Shown one piece after another: positions 1 through 10,800 of a DNA stretch of 40,676 bases. Position 1 is the first letter of the stretch; each line of letters opens with the position of its first letter. Below the pieces are notes generated by a model. The model worked only from the letters and a program-made list of their open reading frames with translations. It searched no databases and was not told the origin of the DNA. The position numbers were made by a program, and so were the translations under genes. The stretch comes from Catajapyx aquilonaris (lineage: Eukaryota): positions 1 through 40,676 of the forward strand of contig JYFJ02003510.1 of assembly GCA_000934665.2 (NCBI GenBank), in the 5' to 3' direction.

Positions 1-686
1 TACTGTCGGGTGCGCAGAAAATAATGCATCAATTAATTGCAAAAGTGTGAAAGACGCTATGCAAATAAATGCTACCAGATGCTACAGATGAACGAGGGAC
101 CGGGAATCAGCCAGAAAATGCCCCTTCCTTGCGCACCTGACAGTACTTGTATTTCCCCCTCGCCATGTCACGCTATATATTCTAAGCCTACATTTGGTAG
201 AATTTTTCCAGTCGCGATGATCGTACGATTCGTAATCGTAAATGTTCCCGACCGGACAAGCACAAAAAAAAAGCCAACGGCCCAACAGGAACTATCCCAC
301 GCCCCCCCCCNAAAAGTTGGAAAAAGTGCATTATTTATATAATTTTTGCTTGACGCCCCGGGGGAGTGTAGCCCGTGTCGTGGCCACTGCCTCATCCGCC
401 CCTCCCGTCCCCCCTTCCCCGCCATCACCCCCAAATAAACACCGTTTCACCTTCACCAGACAACGCAACGCAACGCACCTCCCACCCCCGCCCGCCTCCC
501 GAGACCGGGACCGTGCGGCCATGGGACGGTGCGGGCAAGGGACCGCGACAGTGACCGGTGATCACGGTGTTGTGGATTCCGAAACATCGCCAAATAAACA
601 ACCTCGGTAACCTGGCAGCGCCAGGATAGCCAACACATAAACACAGAAGCACATAAACAGTTGTGACAGTCTTTTTGCATGTCATA

Positions 687-1116
687 GGCTGGGTTCACAC
701 TAGGCGTTTTTGTCGCCTGCGACTTTGTTGCCGCGTTTTCGTCGCTGACGCCTCACGAGGTTCACACTAGGCGTTTTTGTCGCGCGTTTTGCTTCCCCTA
801 CTGATGCAACCCGAGCAGCGTTGCCAACCTGACCCTTAGCAACTACCGTTCCACAATAGTCAAAATTAAACACTTTTCACGCGACTTTGTCGCCAGGTGT
901 GTCTGCCCCAACTGATTACCATGTGTTCAGTTTTCAGCGACTTTGTCGCGGCGTTTTTGTCGCGGCAGCAAAAACGCAGCATGCTGCGTTTTGCGACGAC
1001 CAAGCAAGAAAGAAGTCGTGGTGTGTCATGCCCCATAAGTTTGCATGTGTTCTGTTTTGAGCGACTTGTCGCGGCGTTTTTGTCGCGCGACAAAAACGCC
1101 TAGTGTGAACCCAGCC
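687..1116. mobile_element. Non-autonomous PIF/Harbinger-like MITE
   Basis: Perfect 30-bp TIR GGCTGGGTTCACACTAGGCGTTTTTGTCGC / GCGACAAAAACGCCTAGTGTGAACCCAGCC. 3-bp direct repeat ATA on both sides. Internal extra copies of GGCGTTTTTGTCGC. Confidence 0.8.
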
Positions 1117-1843
1117 ATAGATACAGTATGGATGGGCCAATTGAGGGACCGATATTTTGTATCTTTCACCCGAAGTAGCGCCTGACCTGTAGGTCACAGG
1201 GGTCAACATGTGGGGTTCTTTAGAACCAGCTAATCAAGCCCGTTCCATTGGCACCACATTTGGTGGACCTTATGAGGGAACGGTAGGCTGCCCGTGTTGA
1301 CTTCAAACCCTCATAAGTCGAGAATGCGTGGCGGACTGCCGCTAATATTTGGCTCGAATCTTAGTTATGATTAGACCTTTCAGAAAATATATTGCACTAA
1401 GGCATTCAGAATTTCCCAAAAAGAATGTTTACTGTTCAGTACATTGGGCTCTGAGCTTTTGTAGCAGTACACACAGTAATTCCATACCCCCCTCACAAAT
1501 ATTACTTCCTAATTCTACATGCTAACACCCAATACACAATGGGTCCATAAACAAACACATCCTGAAGAACAATGCACATGACTGAAGGTGCTACTTGAAT
1601 GCCTCCTGTGAGATACATTCTTCCTACTGTAGCCTTTCCACACTTGCATCTCGTGATAGTATCACATGTTGAAGTGAACAATTGAAAGAGGCTGTATCTC
1701 ACAAAGGGGTTCTATTTCATGACCCATGTGTATTAGAGAATTGGAATCGAGAATTAGGAAAAACTTTGCTGCAGAGATACAGAATCACCCTGTACAGCAC
1801 ACTTTCTCTTTCTCTCCAATGGATAATAATTCATATATCTCAC

Positions 1844-4800
1844 CATTGCTCTGCAGTCAGCTTCTCTAAAGCATCACCAGTTCCATCCATGTCCTCCTTA
1901 TGCTGCTGCAACTTTTGTGAGTGACAATTCTGATTTGTGGCAAATTGCTGCCTGAGTAGATCCAGTTGCAGGTTGAGTGCATCGACCCGGGCAACCAGGT
2001 CCCTGACCTGGTCTTCCTTCTGCCTGAGACAGTTCTTCAGTTGATCAATCTCCTTTTCCTTCACCCTGGCATCTCTCTCATGTTTCCCTGCATTCTGCCT
2101 GGCCTCCTCCAGCTGCCGGTCCAGGCATCGGATCCTCTCTTCACGTTCCAGCAGCTGGGATTTGAGGTCATCGATTTGTTTCTGTTTTTCATCCAATGTG
2201 ATCTGGATCTCAACAAGGATCTTATTTTGCTGCTCCAGCTCTGACTGCTTCTCCTCCAGCAGACGATCACGTTTCTACAATTAAATTGGTTACAAATATT
2301 TCATTTAATACCAGAAAATGGGTATCATTATTGCTGTTGTACTTCAAATTAAAACCCTGCTAATAAACAGTCCTCTGAATTACTCGTCACATTTATCAAA
2401 GAGTTATTGGTATTAATAGCTTTAATGCAGATTGAAGAATTAAGACATGCAAAGTATAATTATTTATACATTTTTAAAACACTGTTAATATTTCAGATCA
2501 TAGAGGCATTTTTGGACACTTTTAGATTATCAAAAGTTCAAAATAAATAATTATGCAGTGCCATTTTAATTTTGATCTTGGACCCACAATGCTGAATAAT
2601 GTAATCGTACCTTCATGTCAGGATCCATGGCATTTATGTCCGCCTCCAACTCTTGTATTCTGTTGTCCTTCTTATCAATCTCTGCCTGATGTTTTACGAG
2701 ATCCAGTCCCATTTCCTCCATCTTCAATTCTCGCCTCCTAACTTCCCTGGTCAGCTGTTCAGTCATTCTCTCCCAGGAATCGACACGTAAATTGGCACTT
2801 TCCAGCTCCTTACATTTCATCTCCAGTTCTTTTCGAAGAGCATCCTCACATCGTTCTTTCTCCTCCACAATTTGACCAAGCTGAGCAACCTGAAATGTTT
2901 CAAGTGAAAGGATCATCATGAGCTCCTTACTGCTGCATATCAGTAAAAGTCGACACACATGCAATAATGTTGATTCACACGTAATATAAAAAATAATATA
3001 GTCTACATTGCCTATCACTTGAAATGGGGAAAAAATACTCATCACAATATCAATGCACCTAAACAGCATTTTACAGTGTGTATTTCAGCTTTCTACAGTG
3101 TTCAAAACATACTAAATATAGAGTTTTTTTGTTTTTACCTGAATAACAAGCTAATCTTAATGCTTCAATTGGCGAGTGAAACATTCTGATATGAGCACAA
3201 TTTCACAACAGCTTAACACATGTTAATATGCTGCTAGGTTCCAACTAAACAAATTTTGTTTAGTTGGAACCTAGCAGCATCTTGAGAACCCCACATACAG
3301 AAATTATGTTGAATCAGGAATTGAAAAAATTACTCACTCTAGCCTTCTCCTCCTCTACCGCTTTCTCTAGGTGCTGGATTTTAGAATCTTTCCACAGCGT
3401 ATCATCAAAGGAATTCTTAGTAGTGTCCATAAGATCTTCCATGGCCTTCTTACACTCAGCCAGCTCATTCTTCAATGTTACAATCTCTGCATCTTTATTG
3501 TCTAGTACCAGCAGCACATCTTGAGGGAGAGAGTTCTCTAGTGACACCTCCTCTGTAAGGCTCCTCACCACTTCTTTTGCACGTGTCCTTAAGCATAGCT
3601 GAGTTTCAGCTTCCGTTAGAGCTTTGAGCTTTTCTTCCTCTTTAAGCAGTCTCTAGAATATTAATATGCAAATTTAAACCATGTTAAAATGAAGCCTGCA
3701 AAAATATTACCCTTTCAAGAGCTTCAATGTTGGTCTCAAGAGCACCTTTTTCCATGCAGTGATCAGCATTTAATTGAATTATTTTCTGCTTGTGCTCCTC
3801 CTCCATGGATTCCATGGCTAATGCTGCCTCTTTCATAAGCCCCTGATTCTCTTTGATGTCCATCTCTAACGATTTTATCCTCAGCTAAAACAATAGATCA
3901 TAACAAGGTACATTATTTGCAAAAGGCAATGCTGAAATCACGCACCTCCAAGTCAATATTTTCCTTAAGGAGATTTTCCTTGTCAATCCCAAAATGTCCC
4001 TGACCCAGCCTCTCTTCCCAAAGGAATATCCGCAGTTTGAGATTGAAGTTCTCCTTCTGCAGCTGTGAGATCTGCTCATCATACTCCCGCATGGTGTGTC
4101 CACGGCCAGGAGATGCCTTACCAGGGGACGTAATCCCCACTGAAAAACACAAACATTGGAGATATTTCAATACAGATGGATATGGCGGTTCCCATGGTTC
4201 CTTAAAAACTGTAATGCAACTGTAAGTTTTCCCTTATACTGGCTTGTCACTTTGACTAACAGCAACTTTGTCCATTAATTCACTGAGAAACTTAGAATGA
4301 ACTAAATAAATCATACATCGGTACATGAACAATTGGTTACCCTGTGAATTATTGTTATAGGCTTACTGGTGCCATTTTTGGGATCACTTTTTAAAGACCT
4401 GAATTAATATAAATTTATACAGTAAACTCCGGATATAACAGACTTCAAGGGACCGCGGAAAAAAGTATGTTACAACTGAGGTGTGTTATAGGCAAATTGC
4501 CACTTTTGCAAAGAGTACACATGCTTTCTGCTTTCCATATGATTATAATGCACACTACTGCATTTATTAATGAAACTATCCACAAAAATACAAAATTAGC
4601 TCACCAGAAAATTAGGCAAGACCACAAAAAAAAAATATCCGTAATCTTCTTCTTCCATGTTCTTGTTGCCAAATATACCAGAAAAAATATAATTTTGAGT
4701 AACTTAGATCAGCGACAGATGCGAAAATCACCCCCCTCCAGTATTCTCTGCCTTCCTGCACAGGAGAAAGGCAGCTGAATAATTTTCCTGCCGAGAGGCC

Positions 4801-7800
4801 AAAAAATTGTCTGATATGGCCAAGGTGAGGTGAAAATGAGTGTCATATCAGGAGTAAAAATACACAGGACTTTATGGAAGTATGCTGGGACTGGCCTTTC
4901 GAGTCTGTTATAACCGAAAGTCCGTTATAACCGACCGACTGTTATATCCAGAGTGAACTCTATATTATTTCTCCAACACCTTCCACTTGACTGATCATCG
5001 CAAATGAAAACTTGAAAGCGCCAATTTCCATGTTGATAGACACATAGTATAATGAACCTACTGAGGAGCAGATGACACAACCGGGTGACATGTCACACTG
5101 CTGTGACTCACATACCACAAGCTGGCTGACTTCCAAAGTCAAAGAGGGGAGACTGTGGCAGTTCACAGAAAAAAAGGCTCGGGAATGAAAAAGGGTATAG
5201 GAGGAAAAAATATAAAACGAAGGCGGGATGCAGAGTGGTAAACAAAAAATGCAGAATGAACATATTTTTTGCTGCCTCTAAGAAAAAGACAGAAGAGATT
5301 CAATGAGCCTGCTACACACCAGATGAATGACTGCCAGGTGGGCTTTCTGGTATTTTTAAATGCCGTGTAATCCTGCCCATTAATCCCAACCTAAAATTTA
5401 CGATCTTCGACCTGAACATTTTGTTTACTTAATATTGTCTGACGCCTAAAATAACACACCCTGGAGGGGTGCTTCTAACCCAAAATTGGGGTCAGGGCAT
5501 ATAAGTCACAAAAACCTGACTAACACCACTGTTCCTCATTTCAAGGCCTGGGGAGGTTTTACATGACAAATCCTACTTGAATCCTCAACAGACACCTATT
5601 TTCGCAAATTTCGGCACCATTCCAAGGACTTTTCTTAGCCCCTGCTGGGTACATCTTACATAGACTAGCTGGCTCTCACTGAGAAGTCCTGTACTTACAA
5701 TTCCAATATTCCTGTCGCTGCAAAAATCTAAAGTAACCCATCCTAGCGCTGTCTTATTTCGTACTAAACCAAACCACCTCCATCATTGAATCATCTGTGT
5801 GTCACCCCCCTGATAATCCAGTGTGCTCTGACAAATAACCCCCAAGGCTCATTGAAACCCATGAATCCTCCACCCTTCGACATCCCCTCTATTTATTTTT
5901 CGGGTTTCCTTGGACCCGTTAGACAACTCTGTGAAGACAGAAGCTGGTGGTGCGGGGGCCGCTGTTGGCACATGGCAGGGGTCGAATTTAGACTGGCCTT
6001 GGACACGAGCCATCCTCATCCGGAGGGGGCAGATGATGGGGAGCTCTGGACCCAATAATACGACAACGTCACCTTCCCGCCAGTGGACGTTTCAATGAAA
6101 ACCAGGAAGGAAATCCAGCAGAAACCGGATGCTCCAGACCACACCCGAAGTACGTCTTATGAGGTACGAATTAACCCGACCCCCAAAAATAACGCCAGTC
6201 ATCCGCCATCAAGTCGGGGGTTTTTAAAACCCCCCCATGTTTTTCTTCCCGCGGTTTATTTTCCACCTTCATCCTGCTGCAGCAAAAAAATGTTTTTTCG
6301 CCTAGATGTTAAAATTGCCGCGGAAGCAAAACCTGGGACATCCATCTCCCATACTGACATCCGCCTGTCAAGTGTGCTGATTGCTTCTTTTTCCAAACAT
6401 GAAAGCGCACCTTGTATATACGCAAACTGGTGAATTTTTTGAAAACTGAACAAGGTACCCTGTACAGTTCAGTAGCAGGCGCCTTTTAAAAATGTAGTAG
6501 CAAGCAGTCTGAACTGGTTACACTTCCAGAAGTAAACCAAGCGTTGCAACTCTTTTGTCGACAACGACAACTCCCTTTGAGGATCACATTTCGCCAAAGA
6601 AGCAGGCGAAGGAAGTTGTCTGCCAGACTAAGGGACCAAATAATCTCGGATTGTTCCATGTGCAAGAAAGAGGAGGGGGAAAAAAATGTGGGCCTTCGAG
6701 GACAATGACCTGTTTGCATCGGTTGTTGAATGGCAGACCTCCAACTTTTGACACGAAAATATAACGCGTGCGTATGTGTTGCGAAAAACAACCTCCCACC
6801 CTCGCAATTTGCCATCAAATCCGCACATTCAACTGACAAGCACGTGCAAGAGCTAAAAGATTGCATAACCCAAAATTTGCACGCGACTTCTGACCCACCC
6901 TGCGATATATGAACAGGAACCAAAATACTCACCAGGAGTGTTGCCATTGGGCTGGTCCAACGATTCTTGCTCCGAGACGACATTCAAACTGCAATAAAAA
7001 AAAGAAGTCATTGTTAGCACCTGCCAGGTAGGCAAACCTTTAGACATATTGCTTACACACGCCACCTACAAGCCAGGATAACCTAATATTACTAGTTTGA
7101 ATCGACAGTAATTATGTCTGTCAAGGGTTCATCTGGTACCGGAAATGTTCTGAAGATTTGCGACAGACGGTGAGGGACCCCGCGGGGAAAAAAATGACTT
7201 ATTTCCTCTTCCTGTGTCGGCTTCTCGGTTTATCACGGGGTCCACAACTGGGAACCTCCAAATGGGAACCATAAGGGCTAGGGGAGCGGATATCGCTTAC
7301 ATATGAGCATCCTGCGTTCTGAAACCCATGGCCCTGATGCTATCAATTCTTTAAAGGCGCTTGGTTTAGGAAACGACTGATAACAGTGTTTCCTACATAT
7401 GGCTGTTGATTTATATGCAACTACGCGCACTCACGAACTATTGCAACATCACACATAAATGCCCGTCACGTTCGTCTCAAGTTCAGACTTAAGCTGTATA
7501 TGACAATTGTCCTTTATGTCACTCCTGCACATCGATAAGAGGACTTAATGCTTCTCTACATTGCTTATTGATGAAGCGAGGGTCCAGAGTGGCGGCCACT
7601 GTGACCTCTCCGCCTCCTCCTGACCTCTGAGAGATATTGGCTCTGATGACGTCAAGATCCAACAGCCACAAAGAGCTTCTGTTTGCGAAAAATGGCTCTC
7701 AAGAGGCCTTCTAAGGACATCCAAGGGGGCTTTAATTAATCCAGATTCCACGCTACGCTTGTTCAACCATGTAAGCAATAAGCCGCCTGATTCATGTACT

Positions 7801-10800
7801 TCCCTGTGGGATATGACTCATATGAAACACTGTCCACTGCAGCGTTTTGTATATTATATTAATGAATACCAACTACCAAAATATTCAAAACTCACCCAAA
7901 TGTAAAAACACTGTCGGCCCCTGGCAGACGACGGGGCGGACTTCCTGATCCGCCCCACTTGTACATCAAGACACCTCTTCTTTTATCGAACTTTTCCTTC
8001 GTTCTGTTATTTCGCTCTTTTGTTCAAAAAACTCACACTCACCCACATACACTAACACCTACACATCTCCCACGAGGTAAAGGTTAGGTAATGAGTATCT
8101 TCCAAATATCACAATTTTGAGAATACAACCAGGGTTTCACGTCACCATATTAATATCTCCGGCTCTAAAAAAGCTAACTAAACCGAATCACTAATCTCCT
8201 TCTTTGACACATTTAGGACGGGCCAAGCGAAGGACGGGGAGCCCACACTCTTCCACAGTCACCCCGACGTCGCTCTCTCAGCCTCTGGACCACTTTTGCG
8301 ACGCATCTGGATACATCCCCCTCCCACCACACCCACATCCGCCAACCCACGGGCTCCCCCCTCTTTTGACTCCTACCAATCTACACACTATTCAAGCCTG
8401 GAAACATGACCCCCTGACTGATCTATGCTCTAGTATTTTTGCCCTGTTGTGTTGGTAAGTGCAATTACACATACTTTGTGGGTATGCAAGGAAAAAATAC
8501 AGGAAGTACATGCTCTGTCGATACGAAGTTATTGGCGCCTACGCTCATGACGCAAACTGCTTATTACGGCTAATTGAATCTGCACGTGATATTTACCCCA
8601 TTAGTGTCAGTAAAAAAACCGCAATTAGCCCCCATCTTGCATATTATAAATTATAAATAAACCGAATTCTCAGCTTATTTCCAAGCCGGGTTTAAATGTA
8701 ACATTATGACCATTCTTGACAACCCCAGTAGTTCAACCATGTCAGACTCAGTTGCAGCTGGCATTTAGGTGACCCTTTAAAATCGCGCGCATGCTCAGCA
8801 TCCCATCTGGAGTCACACCATACCCGCGTGAACCCACCAAAAAAAAATCTTTTGCTAATCGATAAATCTACCAAAGTTAGGGATTTTGAGGGGGGTTGCC
8901 TCGGGATAGTGTGGCAATGACCTACTTGTTTCGAGATCCTGAGATTTAACAACTACTAAGTGCAGTGGCATCCCTTGCCAACTCGCCCAGTTGTTATACT
9001 GTGGCATGCATTGGGTGGGAAATAATGTTGCTGGGTTCAAAATGCATAATTCAGGGTCACATGTGATCGGATGGTCGCAGGGGGGCCCACCGGGGAGATT
9101 CCCTTGATCATTCCCTTCCTGTCTTAATATGCATGAGCCCAGATGGTATTCAGGCAAGTCGGAATAATTACGTAACTTTCGCTTTAAAACTGCGCCGACT
9201 CGATCTTCTTATCGCGACAGGTTCACCACCTACACAACATCCTTGAGGTTCTTGTTGATATATTCCAAACGCTCAGTAGATCATTATAAGTTACCACTAA
9301 TGATTTCTTGTAGCATGATTGTTTTGGCTTCATCAATAACCAACGCCTATAGCCCTATAGTGGTATGGTTATTTAAGTCATGTGAAGTGCCAAACACAAT
9401 TTTGTTTGAAGCACTTGACTAAAGTGGTCCTCGCGCCCCCGTCCTTACCACAAAGAGATTTAAAAGGCACTAAATTCAAGGGTCAATCCACTTCTGTAAA
9501 CAATCCATTAATGAACTTCTATAACTTTATTTTGGGCTATTTACTGCACTTGGAAATGTTTGTCCTGTATACATGTACTATATCGCTCAAAAAGATAGAG
9601 ACGATTGGCATTTGATTCAAGTGCAAGTTGCACTTGAGTCAAATGCAAAATCGTCTCTATCTTTTTGGGCGATATAGTACATATGCATTTTATCTTGCGT
9701 TTGACAGTCAGTGGACCTACAGGGGTCCAAATGAGGTCTAATGTGGAATTCGTGTTTGGTTTTGGAATATGATTTTAAGTGTTATTTTCGCAAAAAAAAA
9801 TTTAAATATGTTTCTTGCAGGAAAGTATGTCACTCACCGCTTCCCTTATATGGGATCCATAATTTTCTACACCTATCTGGTGATGACATGTGTCATTGGG
9901 GATAACTCTACATGTTACTGGATTATGCCTTGTGGATCACAGTGCAACATTAACATTTCGACCTACAGATAAAAGGTCACAGGTATAATCCCAAACCACG
10001 GTTTTCGCACTTTCACCTCACGAAGAATTAGATGTCTGCAATATGTCCCATAGACATCCGGTAGACTAATCATCCAGAGATATTCACTAAAAGGCAAGTG
10101 TTGACATGTGCACTTGCACTCCCCTCCGCTCATCTCTCCCTCCCTCATGCTATTCTTCAGATGTGTACAAGATCTAAGCTTATCTTCAAATTATGCAATA
10201 AAAGTATGTCATGCGGCATGCCCCAAGAATTGCCTCTTGGTGGTGGTTGGTGGTGCAGCAGCTAAAAATTTTGTATGGAGCACCTTTTCCCTGCCACTCT
10301 TTTTATCTGAAAAATCCAGTCATGCTCAATAATACTGTACACCACAAATTGTGGCATGCCAGTATAAAATAACTCTGACCAGGAGGCCAGAATATCAATA
10401 GGGAGTAGGCCTCTTTCTGTAGTGGGATAGTTTTTCACAATTTCCTAATACTTCCATGCTCAATTATCACAACTGACAATATTTTGCAATTTTGTCTGCA
10501 CTTGCAATGATCAATTTGGTTGATTTTTTCTTCCCATAGTCCAGACACCCTTCAGGAACCCATGCAGGAGCCTTATAAAGCAGCATATTGTGGTATGGGC
10601 CAATTTCGATAACATTGGTCTTCATTATCATTGGCACATAAGTTATATGCTCGTTTGAGAATTTTATAATGAACTACATCTGGCACACAGGACATTTAAA
10701 ATTCTTCTAATTATGTTACCCAAGCGTAATTTATTTTTGTAACATAAAAATATTTTCATTGATACGAGGGCTGTAAATAAAATATTGGCAACACATCTCT

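Noticed and set aside
1..620. GC-rich ORFs and a possible Helitron/Helentron-like fragment at the window start
   Set aside because: Contains an assembly N at 311 and no defined termini or protein motif; cannot be classified from this window.
687..1116. Recurring GGCGTTTTTGTCGC units as a CRISPR-like array
   Set aside because: Irregular spacing, mixed orientation, eukaryotic context and no cas genes; explained by MITE subterminal repeats.
1500..1800. Possible terminal exon of the centrosomin gene
   Set aside because: The acceptors I tried give short non-coiled-coil peptides ending in stops with no CM2 similarity.
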